DNA of 64,000 nucleotides from a virus. Taxonomy: Duplodnaviria; Heunggongvirae; Uroviricota; Caudoviricetes. The translations under genes and the position numbers were made by a program. How positions within the stretch are numbered: position 1 is the stretch's first letter; each line of letters opens with the position of its first letter. Below, piece by piece: positions 1 to 10,564 of the stretch. Location of the stretch: IMG/VR virus record IMGVR_UViG_3300008114_001632. One strand, given 5' to 3'. The notes beneath the pieces were generated by a model that was given only the letters and a program-made list of their open reading frames with translations, was not told the origin of the DNA and did no database searches.

Positions 1-746
1 ATCGGCTCTGGTAGCATGTACACTTAATTGATTTGCTGTAGCATACCGTAAATAATAAGTTGTATCAGTTACTATTCCGGATGGATCAGTATCTTCTGCT
101 CGAAATTTGTAAGGAGTTCCGTTAATGGTATTGTCAAATCCGTGACCAGTAACTACAATATTACCATTTGAATAAGATTCAATAACCAACGTATAATCAC
201 TTGCATTAGCAGGCTCGTCTGGAATTCTAATTGGTAAGGCACCCGCAATATATCTATTATCAGCGTAACCTTTGGTAATAACTAGATCGTCAATGGTTAT
301 TTGAGGATTAGGTTGTTCTGCGTTAAACTCGTCAACTGCTTCTTGTGATATTGCTATACGAGCAATAGCTTTATTTCTTCCATCTAAAGGACCGCCTAAT
401 TGCGGTGATAAATCTTGTGATAATGCTCTGAAAGATGTTGACAGTACAATTTTATTAGGAGTATCATAGCTAATTAAAATACTATCGTCGGCAGTAGGAT
501 CAGCAGCTGAATTAGAAGCTAAGGCTCTAAATTTAATTCCGTCAGCGTTTGAATCAACAAATAATACAGTATTAGGTTCATAGCCGTCAGGAGTATCACT
601 TAGCGTAGTAAATCTAATAGTACCGCCTGCTCCAAAAATAGCATATAGTTCATTAAAGTTTTCGTTGGTCTTTCTAAACGACTCACGGATACTATCACCT
701 GTGCCGTCATTGCCTTCTACGCCAATGTTAATCTCTTTTCTTGCCA
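1..746 (-). CDS. virion structural / tail-fibre-like protein, N-terminal part (gene continues beyond window start)
   Basis: ATG at 744-746 (minus strand) preceded by GGAG RBS. N-terminus MARKEINIGVEGNDGTGDS... resembles conserved phage fibre N-termini. The ORF stays open to position 1. Confidence 0.45.
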
Positions 747-833
747 TACTTTACTCCGATATTAGATGTAGCAGGATTTCTTTCCTGCTCAATTATTTAT
801 CGTAAAATTTTATAATCTTAATGTAAATAGTAT

Positions 834-1121
834 ATGTTCATTGGCACTAGAATTGAAAAAACACAACACACTCGTAAAAGTAAACTGGGTGTTGAGCATC
901 TGTATGACAGGGAACGAACTTATGCTCTATTTCGGTGCGATAGTTGTGATACGGAATTTTCAAGAGAAAAAGGAAGTATGGATCCAAAGAGGTTGAGCAA
1001 CAACTATTTCCATGTTTGCTCAAAATGTGATGCTAAAAGATTTGCTCAGAAACGCGGAGTACAAAAAAAGCAGGTATGGGATTTACCTGCTAGCTCTAGT
1101 TTAGATATTAGTAAGTTATGA
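834..1121 (+). CDS. small zinc-ribbon protein (two CxxC pairs)
   Basis: CDSCD...CSKCD motifs; 95 aa. Confidence 0.35.
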   Translation: MFIGTRIEKTQHTRKSKLGVEHLYDRERTYALFRCDSCDTEFSREKGSMDPKRLSNNYFHVCSKCDAKRFAQKRGVQKKQVWDLPASSSLDISKL

Positions 1122-1352
1122 TTTTTTAAGTCCGTCACTAGTGACGTTAGGGGTTATTTTCATACCTTTAGGTGATTCTTGAAGTTTAGTAGTATCTTTC
1201 TTAACAGGAACGTAAGTCATGTATTGACCTTTGTCGTGTCTAATTCCTGTTACACGATCCAATTTTAAACTTCCGCTGTATAGTCCTGCCATAATTTAAT
1301 CTCCAGTTATTTGTATTTAGTTAAATAAAAGACCTTAAGGAGGTATTTTAAC

Positions 1353-1676
1353 ATGGAAATTATAATTGCAATTATAGTTGTAGTAGCTGGTACAGCGATT
1401 TGGTACGCAAATCGTAAAACTGGTATTGATGTCAATCAAGACGGAAAAGTTGATTTAGCTGATGCGAAAGCCGCAGTTGAAAAGACTGTTGAAGCTGTTG
1501 CAGAAGTTGCAGATGCTAACAAAGACGGTAAAGTTGATGTAGCTGATGTAAAAGTTGTAGCGACTAAAGCAAAAGCAGCCGTTAAGAAGACTGCAACCAA
1601 AGCAAAGGCAACCGTTAAAAAAGCAGCCACTAAGACTGCTTCAACACGTGGCCGTAAGCCGAAAACTAGTGCTTAA
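1353..1676 (+). CDS. membrane-anchored Lys/Ala-rich repeat protein (DGKVD repeats, histone-H1-like AK tail)
   Basis: Strong RBS AAGGAGG upstream. N-terminal TM helix; repeated DGKVD(L/V)AD and AKKTATKAKA motifs. Confidence 0.5.
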   Translation: MEIIIAIIVVVAGTAIWYANRKTGIDVNQDGKVDLADAKAAVEKTVEAVAEVADANKDGKVDVADVKVVATKAKAAVKKTATKAKATVKKAATKTASTRGRKPKTSA

Positions 1677-1960
1677 TTACGCGAGCGCAACAAACTTTCT
1701 ATAGTTTGAATTGCACTATCTTGGCGAGCTAGCTTTCGATCTAATACATCGATGGCTGCTCGCTGTTTTCTTATCTGCTCTTCCAGACTCTGCACATAAG
1801 CATGAGTAGGAATACGCTTTTCTATACCATCTTCTCCTAGCATAGTAAATGTGTCTACACCTTGACCACGAAGCCCGCCGGCAACTCGGTTAGGATTTTT
1901 GTCTGAAGTTTTAGGTACTACGCTTGATGTGCGACCGTACATTTTGGTTAAGTAGTTCAT
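1673..1960 (-). CDS. hypothetical protein
   Basis: 95-aa ORF; stop abuts preceding gene. Confidence 0.35.
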   Translation of the reverse strand: MNYLTKMYGRTSSVVPKTSDKNPNRVAGGLRGQGVDTFTMLGEDGIEKRIPTHAYVQSLEEQIRKQRAAIDVLDRKLARQDSAIQTIESLLRSRN

Positions 1961-2109
1961 ATTGTATTTACCGTTTCAATTCGTTGAGTAGAAATTCTTT
2001 AGGGTCACACCAATACGTTTCAAAAATAGATTCACCAGGGCCAGTTATCATACTAGTAATTACTTCACAGCGTTTAAGCCACAAAAACTTATTACTTAGA
2101 TAACAGCGC

Positions 2110-3210
2110 CTAGGCAATAAGCACAGTTTCTGCTGATGCCCTATCCTGCGCTTGTTGAACATCCAAGAATCCGTACTCATTCTTAATACTTGCATTGGTA
2201 TTGGCATAGTTATATAAGTCCAATGTTGCTAAATTCTTACATTTAGATTCAACCATAATATCTGCATATTCACGGAATGTAAGAGCCCAATCATTTACAG
2301 CGTCATTCCACATGTAATCGCTGTGTGCTCTAAGTTTAGCTTTCTTGTATCCGTTTTCTAGTAGCGTCCAAAGATCGGGGCGCTGGTGTTTGGAATGGCC
2401 AATAAGGCAGTCTTCCCGTGAAACACTATAATGTATAACAGGCCGAACACCACGCCAGCTATCAATAATCCTTTTAAAACGGTCGTCAGTAGCTTCAATA
2501 TATTCTCCAGAATTAATCCAATGATGATGTATGTCTAGCACCAAAGCGAGATGCTTTGATAGTTCGAGAGAGGCGTCGATTCCCCAAGACATTTCGTCGT
2601 TTTCGATAGTAATACAGTTTCGCGCCTCTGGTGAGAGACGCCCAAGTGCGCTGATAATACCGGCTGGACCTCTGCGACCCGCGATGTGGACATTGATTTT
2701 AAAGTCCTGAAATTGTTTGCCGAACCCCATCCAACGGGCCATATCTGCATGATATTCAAACTCCTCTATTGATCGATTAACAATGTCATCTGACTCAGAT
2801 GCCAACACAGTAAACTGGCCAGGATGCATAGACACACGCACATCAAGCCTACGAGCCGTTTCGCCCACCAAGGCAAACTCTCTTTCACAATATGCTCTAA
2901 CGTCTGGTAACTTCCAATAGTACCCCCAAGTCGGCTCAGTGTACACAGGAAGGCAATCGCTACCCAGTCTAACCATTCTAAGATCTTGCGGCAAACGTCC
3001 AACATATTCTATAAGTCTCCTATACGAAGCAATATTGTGCTCCATAATTTCCCAAAGCCGCTGTTCTGCTACAGCCTTAGTTTGTCTGTTCAACCATTGT
3101 ACAGTAGTTGACCGAGTATTTAGTGGTCTCTGAATTTCTTCCAAAAGTTTTTTCTTTTGAGTTCGATCAGGGTACATATATTTGCAAGCAAAGCCGATAC
3201 GTTTTTTCAT
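2110..3210 (-). CDS. uvdE: UV damage endonuclease (UvdE/UvsE family)
   Basis: TIM-barrel UvdE motif series: MHPGQF..L, EFEYHADM..MG, HIAG..G, ENDE, DIHHH. Confidence 0.7.
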   Translation of the reverse strand: MKKRIGFACKYMYPDRTQKKKLLEEIQRPLNTRSTTVQWLNRQTKAVAEQRLWEIMEHNIASYRRLIEYVGRLPQDLRMVRLGSDCLPVYTEPTWGYYWKLPDVRAYCEREFALVGETARRLDVRVSMHPGQFTVLASESDDIVNRSIEEFEYHADMARWMGFGKQFQDFKINVHIAGRRGPAGIISALGRLSPEARNCITIENDEMSWGIDASLELSKHLALVLDIHHHWINSGEYIEATDDRFKRIIDSWRGVRPVIHYSVSREDCLIGHSKHQRPDLWTLLENGYKKAKLRAHSDYMWNDAVNDWALTFREYADIMVESKCKNLATLDLYNYANTNASIKNEYGFLDVQQAQDRASAETVLIA

Positions 3211-3227
3211 AAGTTATTATACTAGAT

Positions 3228-4058
3228 TTAGCGCCAGTTGTCAACCACCCAAGGGTCTTCACAATTATGAGGATTTGGGTCTCCGTGAAATACTGTTACA
3301 CAACATTCAATCCTTGGTTTTACATCTTCTATCTGTTTAAATTTTCGATTTCCTTTAGTGCTGCCATAATCAAATTCTTTAGTACGTCTAACTTCCCATT
3401 TCCAACTTAGTATCCAACTGTCCGGATACAGCATTGCTTGATTTTTTTGTGTAGCTTCAAATAACCAATCTTGATCGCCATGTAGTCTTCTTTGAATATC
3501 GTGTTGATTTTCTCGGAATCCTGTCCAGACATAATCTAGCTGGCCAGTTTTAAATCGAACTACACTGCTATTATATTTTTTCCAACTTGGGCGCATAGCT
3601 CTGGTAAAATCTCTAATAGTACACCAGTGATTAGGTTGGTAGGTAAAAAGTTTATCTATATTACTTGCTATTACTACATCTAAATCCATGTAAAGTATTG
3701 TGCCATTAATAGGCAACTCTTTACTGTACATATAAGGTTTACACCACCATCCTTGTAAGTTGGCGGGCAAAGGTATTGTTTTTATTCTTGGATCTAGTCC
3801 ATTAGCGTTATCTGTTAAACAAACAAACTCGTAGTCTAAACTACAGTTTCTCTTAACCATGTTGTAGAGTTTGTTTACATATTCTGGACCGTATTTTGTG
3901 CCGTGTTTTAAACAAAGAAGATAATTTTTTAGACTATCTTCATGGGTAACTAAATTAGGCGTAATAATTTCTTGAGGCTTTTGTTTTTCTAAATGCCTCT
4001 GTTCTTTTATCTTACGCCATTCTTCTTTAGTATATTGACCTTTGTCAATCTTTGGCAA
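3228..4058 (-). CDS. putative nucleotide-sugar glycosyltransferase (DxD motif)
   Basis: YMDLDVV DxD-like motif; CLTDN; family assignment uncertain. Confidence 0.35.
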   Translation of the reverse strand: MPKIDKGQYTKEEWRKIKEQRHLEKQKPQEIITPNLVTHEDSLKNYLLCLKHGTKYGPEYVNKLYNMVKRNCSLDYEFVCLTDNANGLDPRIKTIPLPANLQGWWCKPYMYSKELPINGTILYMDLDVVIASNIDKLFTYQPNHWCTIRDFTRAMRPSWKKYNSSVVRFKTGQLDYVWTGFRENQHDIQRRLHGDQDWLFEATQKNQAMLYPDSWILSWKWEVRRTKEFDYGSTKGNRKFKQIEDVKPRIECCVTVFHGDPNPHNCEDPWVVDNWR

Positions 4059-4060
4059 TT

Positions 4061-4585
4061 TTAACCCTCATAAGTAGCAGAGTTACCAGCGTGTTCAAAC
4101 ACTTCAACTGAACGTAGACGAACACCAGCACCAACAGGATACCGTGCTTCAAATACTCTTCCGTCTGGATGAGTCCAAGCACGACCTTCTTTGTATGCTT
4201 CTAGTATTTCATTCATTGTGCGATATGCCAGTTCAGCAAATTTTTCGCATCCAACAGCTTCTACTAGACGCAAATCCAATACACCGCCTTCAGCTTGTTT
4301 ACCCAACTTAGCAAGTTCCTTAAACTTTGGGAGATGAGGATCATCTAAAGCCATAACAGTAGTGTGATCAAATTGCCATTCACTCCACTCTTTGAATGCT
4401 TTGAGTCCACCAAAGTCCATAACCCAGTTGCGATCATCTAGTGTTTTTGATTCAAAGATTAATTTGATACCAATTGAGTATCCGTGTAGTAACGAACAGT
4501 GTGAATGTGTACTACGCCATTGTCTAAAGCAACATGACAGACCTCTGTCATTGCCATAAGTTTTTGTTGAAAGATATTTTGCCAT
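4061..4585 (-). CDS. queD: 6-pyruvoyl-tetrahydropterin synthase / QueD-like
   Basis: C-x3-HG(Y) zinc/catalytic motif (HSHCSLLHGY), PTPS fold-like length. Start moved to the MAKYL ATG, which has a GGAG RBS. Confidence 0.65.
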   Translation of the reverse strand: MAKYLSTKTYGNDRGLSCCFRQWRSTHSHCSLLHGYSIGIKLIFESKTLDDRNWVMDFGGLKAFKEWSEWQFDHTTVMALDDPHLPKFKELAKLGKQAEGGVLDLRLVEAVGCEKFAELAYRTMNEILEAYKEGRAWTHPDGRVFEARYPVGAGVRLRSVEVFEHAGNSATYEG

Positions 4586-4676
4586 CTCTAGTCTCCTTTT
4601 TGTAGGTAGCAAGTTTGATGACATGCAGAGTATTTAAAGTGGGGTGAACGTCATTAAAAGACCACTGTATAGTATA

Positions 4677-5273
4677 CTATGTATTATAGTATATGTTACT
4701 TATCTTGTCAACCTCAACGTTAGATTTAATCCAGGCTTTGGGAGTCTCCCAATTAAGCGGACGATAGACTGTAAAATTTACTTTTGAAAAATGTTCAAAA
4801 ACTTTGCCTATTTGGTGTATCCAATAGCGTGGATCGACTGCGGACTTTGATGCTTCATCATAGCCCTGTGTGTCTTTGTATAAATTATTTACAAGTTTAT
4901 TGTCACTGTATAAATCAAAGCCTACTAGACTAACAGAACGTTCTTTAGATAATTTTGCCGCAAGTAACACAGCATAAGGGCCACTGCCCCATTGAAACGG
5001 CTCATCGGCTCGTATCACAGACTCGTATGGAATATCTGGAACTTCTCTAACATTTTTTAAATGTCGATAATCGCCATACCAGTCTTTTCTAGTATAAACT
5101 AATGTAGTCTCGTTTATATTATCTTTAATTGCTTCGTTGACCATACGTCTGTCAACACATACTAGATAGTCTACTTCATGGTCACGCATTATAGCGTTAC
5201 ACCCTATCTTATAACCTTTAAGACGATCTAGATCAATATGTTTACGACTTTCGCCGTTGCCAAAGACCCACAT
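4677..5273 (-). CDS. DUF115 / GT42-like (GNGxS...CN motif) protein; possible MptE-like kinase or glycosyltransferase
   Basis: VFGNGESR...GCNAI N-terminal motif shared by GT42 sialyltransferases and DUF115/MptE. Confidence 0.3.
   Translation of the reverse strand: MWVFGNGESRKHIDLDRLKGYKIGCNAIMRDHEVDYLVCVDRRMVNEAIKDNINETTLVYTRKDWYGDYRHLKNVREVPDIPYESVIRADEPFQWGSGPYAVLLAAKLSKERSVSLVGFDLYSDNKLVNNLYKDTQGYDEASKSAVDPRYWIHQIGKVFEHFSKVNFTVYRPLNWETPKAWIKSNVEVDKISNIYYNT
4683..4711 (-). promoter_or_regulatory. sigma70 consensus promoter TTGACA-17-TATAAT (minus strand)
   Basis: Exact -35 (4706-4711) and -10 (4683-4688) hexamers with a 17-nt spacer. Confidence 0.6.
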
Positions 5274-5285
5274 AAAATTGTTTGA

Positions 5286-6401
5286 TTAAACAGAAATTTG
5301 ACCAAATGGTTTCCACACACCTGGCGTGCCTTCACGTATACAGATCCAACCAGTATACCCTCCAGCTTGAGGATTTGCGTCCCATACTATATCACCTTTT
5401 TTGTAAGTACCTGCTGTAGGAATCTCTGTACCTACTTCAAACTTTTTATCTTGGAATCGCACAGGACCTGCTGTAGTGATATCAGCATCCTCAGCAAAGT
5501 TCTTAACACCTACACCTAGCTTATGCTTTAACACAACTTTTTCGTAAAAAGTTACAACACCATTGTGTGCAATATCAATCCTAGTAGAATCGTCTGTGAT
5601 AATTTCTAGTGCAGTTGTAGTCCATGTGCCTATTTTAAATTTCTTATCTTCAGTAGGATCAATTACAAATTCGTGATCCCAACTCATAATACTAATAGCA
5701 CCGTTAGGTGCATCTGTTCCTAAACCTAAACGTTGTGTGTCAGCATCCCAGAATAAAAATTCGTCCACTACCACGTTGCCTGCAACACGAAGCTCGTCTA
5801 ATGTACCTATTTGTTTTAGATTACTTTTAACAACACTAGTGCCTAGCTCAGTTTGTGTTAACACTGGTAGACCTGATATAGAGTAGTATTTGTCTTTGAA
5901 CAGGTCAATAGATTCTGAGCTAAAAAATCGATCCGGCTTTGGCTGTAGAACAAATTGTTTAGTGTAACTACCACCTGTCCAAATAAGTCCCTTACCATAT
6001 GCTAATGAACCGTCTTCGCCTTTAAATTCTAGCGGACTTGTTCTTTCATATCTTATGTCCGCTGATACTTCGTCAACGTGTAGTTTACGGGCATGTATTT
6101 CGCCCTCAACTGTTAAGTTTCCTTTAACAGTTAACGGACAAGCAACAACATTTGTATGAACTACATCAACTCGAATACCGTCATCTGCTACTCGTAAAAT
6201 TGCCTTTGTAGCAGTATCTTTAATACCGACACTTGCAAAGTTGGTAATCATACCACCGTTAATTTTGTCGCCGCTTAATTCTCTATCGAAAATTTTAGTC
6301 TTTTGGACTTCGCGTTTAGAAATCCCGTCGATAGCATCGCCGAGACTCTTTAGTATATCGTGAATGTTAGGATTGTTTGTGCTCATACATGTATTTATCA
6401 A
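5286..6401 (-). CDS. putative virion/tail-fibre-like protein
   Basis: 371 aa, beta-rich, Gly/Thr-rich, C-terminal fibre-like composition. Confidence 0.3.
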   Translation of the reverse strand: MINTCMSTNNPNIHDILKSLGDAIDGISKREVQKTKIFDRELSGDKINGGMITNFASVGIKDTATKAILRVADDGIRVDVVHTNVVACPLTVKGNLTVEGEIHARKLHVDEVSADIRYERTSPLEFKGEDGSLAYGKGLIWTGGSYTKQFVLQPKPDRFFSSESIDLFKDKYYSISGLPVLTQTELGTSVVKSNLKQIGTLDELRVAGNVVVDEFLFWDADTQRLGLGTDAPNGAISIMSWDHEFVIDPTEDKKFKIGTWTTTALEIITDDSTRIDIAHNGVVTFYEKVVLKHKLGVGVKNFAEDADITTAGPVRFQDKKFEVGTEIPTAGTYKKGDIVWDANPQAGGYTGWICIREGTPGVWKPFGQISV

Positions 6402-6420
6402 GATACATGTATGAGCGGGT

Positions 6421-7710
6421 TTATGCTACTTTAAGTAGTATAGTATCACTATTAATACGTCCGTTCATGATCGTATCTGTAGTATTGATGTCTTCTAAAA
6501 ACTTACGCAATACAACCTTACCGGCAGCTTTAAATGCTTTGATTTGTTCTTCTGGTTTACGCAAAGTTTTTTGGATACTCTTTACTGGATCAAATCCTTC
6601 AACAGTAGTACCTTTGACTGTAAGTCCACTCCCATTTCTGCCCATACCAGTTGGATCAATGCTAGACGCAATATATTTGCCCAACTTGCGAGTCTTTACA
6701 TTGAACACCCAAAGTTCATTTGCACCCACAATATCTGTAGGGTTAATGGATGCCAAACTGTACTTTTGATCCACTTTCATATATTTGAGTTTAGCAACCA
6801 ATTTATCAGCCGACTTAGGCTTTGCTGTACGAGGTTTGCGTGTAGCTTTGCTGGTGTCTACGATAAGCGTACAAGCGTCTACAAGCGTTTCTAGAGCCGC
6901 AATGTAGTTAGAGACATCCTTCTTAGCAAGGTGACTGTAGGCTTCTTTTAGTTGCTCTACATGATCTGCTTCTCTAGCATCCATTTTTTTGAGTTGTGCC
7001 GCTGTGGGTAAGTTTTGGAGCGAACGAAACTCTTCCAATTCCTTTTGATAAAAGCCAACCAATTTGCGAGCGTGTGCTTGTGTCACGCCCATTTTACTAA
7101 AGTGAGCCTTAAAATCAAAACCTTTTGGATTAAAGTTTTTGCGATCTTCAACAAATCCTTCAAGCCAATTATCGATATCTTCGGCAGCTTTTTGAGCTTG
7201 CTCTGTAATACGTTCTTGAATAGTAGGAGTATAGGTATTTGCTTTGACTTTTTCAGCCTTGGCTTCTTGGACCACAATCGATTTGCCTCCAACTATTGCT
7301 AGTTCAAGGGCAGTTTTAATATAATCAGTAACAGGTTTAATTGGACCCATAGTTCCAGAAAGGCCTTGCCAAAACTCGTCGTGTACTTTATTGTAGTCAG
7401 GCATACCATTACGAAGCAGTTTGCAGTAGATGCAAACGGTAATGTTTACACCAGCGGCTTTTACACTTTTGATTTCGTCAGCCTTGTAACCATTTTCTTT
7501 CATCCATGCTAGAACTTCTGGTAGCAAATCTGCAGGCTTGTAATTGTCGTAATAAAAGTCACGAGCAGAACGCACAGCACGGTGATACTGTTCACCTGGC
7601 CAAGTTTCCCAACCTTCAAAGCTAGGACCTTTGATTTTGGATCCTTGGCGTACAGTGGGCGCCAACCGAGCTTTCTTTTTTGGTACTTTGATTCCGACTT
7701 TGGTTGCCAT
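6421..7710 (-). CDS. hypothetical protein (429 aa)
   Basis: Long ORF with a good promoter at 7741-7769. Confidence 0.4.
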   Translation of the reverse strand: MATKVGIKVPKKKARLAPTVRQGSKIKGPSFEGWETWPGEQYHRAVRSARDFYYDNYKPADLLPEVLAWMKENGYKADEIKSVKAAGVNITVCIYCKLLRNGMPDYNKVHDEFWQGLSGTMGPIKPVTDYIKTALELAIVGGKSIVVQEAKAEKVKANTYTPTIQERITEQAQKAAEDIDNWLEGFVEDRKNFNPKGFDFKAHFSKMGVTQAHARKLVGFYQKELEEFRSLQNLPTAAQLKKMDAREADHVEQLKEAYSHLAKKDVSNYIAALETLVDACTLIVDTSKATRKPRTAKPKSADKLVAKLKYMKVDQKYSLASINPTDIVGANELWVFNVKTRKLGKYIASSIDPTGMGRNGSGLTVKGTTVEGFDPVKSIQKTLRKPEEQIKAFKAAGKVVLRKFLEDINTTDTIMNGRINSDTILLKVA

Positions 7711-7740
7711 GCTTTACTCCTAACAGTTGTGTAAGTCGTT

Positions 7741-7769
7741 AGTATATATGCTTATCCAAAAGAAGTCAA
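7741..7769 (-). promoter_or_regulatory. sigma70-like promoter TTGACT-17-TATACT (minus strand)
   Basis: Hexamers 17 nt apart, immediately upstream of the 7710 start. Confidence 0.5.
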
Positions 7770-8056
7770 CCTTTTTTGAGTAAAAAGTAGGTTAAATGTT
7801 TGCCCGAGAGAACACCTGTTATTACTACATTATAGCCCAATGAATGGTGATCTATGTTTGTGTGCCACTCTATGTCTGTGGCATTTTTCATACACCACTG
7901 ACCAATTTCAGTTTTTTGCCATTCACTTATTGGAAACGCGGCATATAGCTGTGGGTCTTCTACATCGCCCATGCTAAACTGGTATAGAAGAACTTTACGC
8001 CGTTCTTCTATGTTATTGCCAACTATATGATAAGTAGGTTGTCCTAACCAAGTCAC
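7766..8056 (-). CDS. hypothetical protein
   Basis: ORF. Confidence 0.3.
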   Translation of the reverse strand: MTWLGQPTYHIVGNNIEERRKVLLYQFSMGDVEDPQLYAAFPISEWQKTEIGQWCMKNATDIEWHTNIDHHSLGYNVVITGVLSGKHLTYFLLKKG

Positions 8057-8286
8057 GTCGATTCTTTTAATGCTTGGAAAGTCAAATCTCGAGCATAGAC
8101 ATTAGCTATGGGTTTAATCCAGCCAGCATTAATTGCTGTAATAAAAATACTTTTATATTCAGCTGGACAATTTTGACTTATTTCAAAACCTGCTCTTGGT
8201 GCGACTACAAGTCCGTCAGTGAGCATAAAGCCCGGCTCACCTTGTTTAATTGTTTTTAATTGACTGTGTGTTGTATTAATTTTCAT
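8053..8286 (-). CDS. hypothetical protein
   Basis: ORF with 4-nt overlap (ATGA) to the flanking genes. Confidence 0.3.
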   Translation of the reverse strand: MKINTTHSQLKTIKQGEPGFMLTDGLVVAPRAGFEISQNCPAEYKSIFITAINAGWIKPIANVYARDLTFQALKEST

Positions 8287-8448
8287 TTACTATTTCGCCG
8301 AAGCGTCCTACGAATGCTTCTTGGCGACAGTTATATTCTTGTAGTGTTTTAATGTTTTTATAATAGACCCATGGGTCTCCTTCTTTTTCTATTACGTCAA
8401 TAACTATAAATGTGTTGTCAACTGTCTTCCATCTGCTGCCAATTTTTA

Positions 8449-9765
8449 TCATAACTTTTCATCCTTTTCAAATCCTCTAAAAGTTTTGAACCTAGGAAAG
8501 CGAAGGCTATATGTACCGTCTTGATTTTGTGTTACGGCGTCTGCACGGACTTCCACCAAAGCACTAAGAAGATCATTACGACTAGTCCAAAAACTGGATC
8601 TTTGATCATCCGTAAAGCCACTGCCAACATTGACCCTAATATCACGCCCATCATCCGCGCCACTGCATACAAAAGCCCCAAGTCTTCCTTCATTTTTTCC
8701 GGTTCCTTCTTCTACGGCTGTAATACTTAATGTTACTTCTATAAATGGTTTAGCTTTGAGCCAACTGTGGCTCCGCTTGCACTCGTAGGGTGCATCAACA
8801 TCCTTGATCATAACACCCTCATAACCACCGTCTACAGCACGTTTATTCAGGTCTACAAAGCGTTTTTGTCCGTCGGGGGTGTCTAAGTCCACAGTTTCCC
8901 AGTCTAAGCATTGGACGTGTGGCAGAAAAGCCACATGTTTTGAAACCCAAGCCTGAACCATTTGACTGCGGACACTCTGTGGCTTTTCCCATACACCTTT
9001 TTGGAAATCCTCTAATGGACACATGTCAAACAGATGCAGTACTGCATCGCTTGCGGCAACATTGTCCTTACGGTGAACCTGCTTCATTAGGTCCTGAAAG
9101 CTGGCGCTCATTACTTCGCCGTCTAGCACTAGGTCATAAGCTGGCGGATTAAATTTTACTACTTTAGAAATTTCGTCTGCGATGTGTCCAAAGTTATGAA
9201 ACTCTTTACCATTGCGGCTAAACAGTTCGACTCTGCCGTCAACACGAACTACAGCAATGACTCGAACACCGTCTAGTTTAACTTCAATCTGTTTCTTGCC
9301 AGTCATCTTCTTTTCGTGATTAGCTGAGTCATGCGCAAGCTGACATTCAAAGATTGGAATTGTGTACTGCGGGAATTTTTTAGCAACCTTGTTTACAGTC
9401 TTTTCCGAAACACCGCAACGCAAATCCTTAATAAGGATGCGTCGATAGAATCGATTCCACTGTGATGCTGTAGCTGTGTCCATGCATAGTTTAATAGCAT
9501 CACGTGCCGCATGACCGGTTAGTTCTCTACGATTAAGTTGATCTGCAAGTGTTTTAAAATTAGCCCAAGTAAGTCCTTGCCCGTCTACAGTAGCTTCTGG
9601 TACTTGCTTAACGCCAAATGTTACAAGAGGATCCAAGGCCATACGTACACCTTCAAAGAACTCGTCTAGTCCTTCTTCCATAGCCGACTCGAGGATACCT
9701 TCTTTATTAAGACGGCTAGGGTGATCTTCTAAAGCACCAATAATGTATTCGGGTTGTGTACGCAT
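8449..9765 (-). CDS. ATP-dependent DNA ligase
   Basis: Nucleotidyltransferase motifs: KLDGVR (motif I), LDGEVM (III), EGVMIK (IV), WLKAKP (V). Confidence 0.85.
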   Translation of the reverse strand: MRTQPEYIIGALEDHPSRLNKEGILESAMEEGLDEFFEGVRMALDPLVTFGVKQVPEATVDGQGLTWANFKTLADQLNRRELTGHAARDAIKLCMDTATASQWNRFYRRILIKDLRCGVSEKTVNKVAKKFPQYTIPIFECQLAHDSANHEKKMTGKKQIEVKLDGVRVIAVVRVDGRVELFSRNGKEFHNFGHIADEISKVVKFNPPAYDLVLDGEVMSASFQDLMKQVHRKDNVAASDAVLHLFDMCPLEDFQKGVWEKPQSVRSQMVQAWVSKHVAFLPHVQCLDWETVDLDTPDGQKRFVDLNKRAVDGGYEGVMIKDVDAPYECKRSHSWLKAKPFIEVTLSITAVEEGTGKNEGRLGAFVCSGADDGRDIRVNVGSGFTDDQRSSFWTSRNDLLSALVEVRADAVTQNQDGTYSLRFPRFKTFRGFEKDEKL

Positions 9766-9771
9766 ATGTCC

Positions 9772-10161
9772 TCAGCTAAAGTTAAAATGGAATTCTTGTG
9801 CAAAGTAAAGATTGCCAGGCTGATCCTCACTGTTAACTAATTTTAACACCATTTCAGGTAAAAGTCTACCAGATCTGGTTAAGAAGTCTTCCTTGCTCAA
9901 ATTCTCTGCGAAATGAATATAGAAGTCTCCAAATCGTTCTTTGAATTCTCTAGCCGCAATAAATTTTTGACTATGCTTTAGTTTGCCTGGAACATACACC
10001 ATTTTACCTGTTTCGTCTGTAACAAAATCTGGTTGTACTTCGTAGTCATCTTTTTTTGGATATGCTCGTGTGATTAGAACGCACATGGTGCGCCCTTCTC
10101 CAGTACCTGCATAGTCGCTAAATATATATTGATATAGTTCACTCATTTTGCAGTCTTTCAA
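9772..10161 (-). CDS. hypothetical protein
   Basis: ORF. Confidence 0.35.
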   Translation of the reverse strand: MKDCKMSELYQYIFSDYAGTGEGRTMCVLITRAYPKKDDYEVQPDFVTDETGKMVYVPGKLKHSQKFIAAREFKERFGDFYIHFAENLSKEDFLTRSGRLLPEMVLKLVNSEDQPGNLYFAQEFHFNFS

Positions 10162-10342
10162 TTTCGTTAGCGGCTTCCTCTAAGAGATCCGCAATGCGAT
10201 CATTGGCACCTTCTTGCACTGATTTACGATCTTTAATTTGCCTACGTATTTCTGCTCGCTTACGCAAACGAAAAACTAGACTCTGTTCTGCTACTGGTAA
10301 ATGACTTTCGTCCTTCATTGTAATGGTACCTTGATGTTGCAC
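10139..10342 (-). CDS. hypothetical protein
   Basis: ORF. Confidence 0.3.
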   Translation of the reverse strand: MQHQGTITMKDESHLPVAEQSLVFRLRKRAEIRRQIKDRKSVQEGANDRIADLLEEAANEIERLQNE

Positions 10343-10564
10343 TCAACTACCCAATCTTCAAATCGAGTATGCTTGGTTACTTCTACTCCTAGTCCAACTG
10401 CTTCATTTACAAAATGCTGTAGTAGTGCATTATACAATTCGTCGGGCATAGTTTCTTTATCAAATTTAATTTTCATATACGTTTACCTAAAATGAATCCC
10501 CGTGAGTAGATGATGAAAGCCTTGAGAGCTCTCATCATCTCTCGCCAATAGTACTGACGATATG

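Noticed and set aside
3228-5273. Claim of a 7-deazaguanine (queuosine/archaeosine-type) DNA modification system
   Set aside because: Only a QueD/PTPS-like gene is present. No QueC, QueE, FolE or DpdA homologues are recognisable in the window, and PTPS alone is common in cyanophages.
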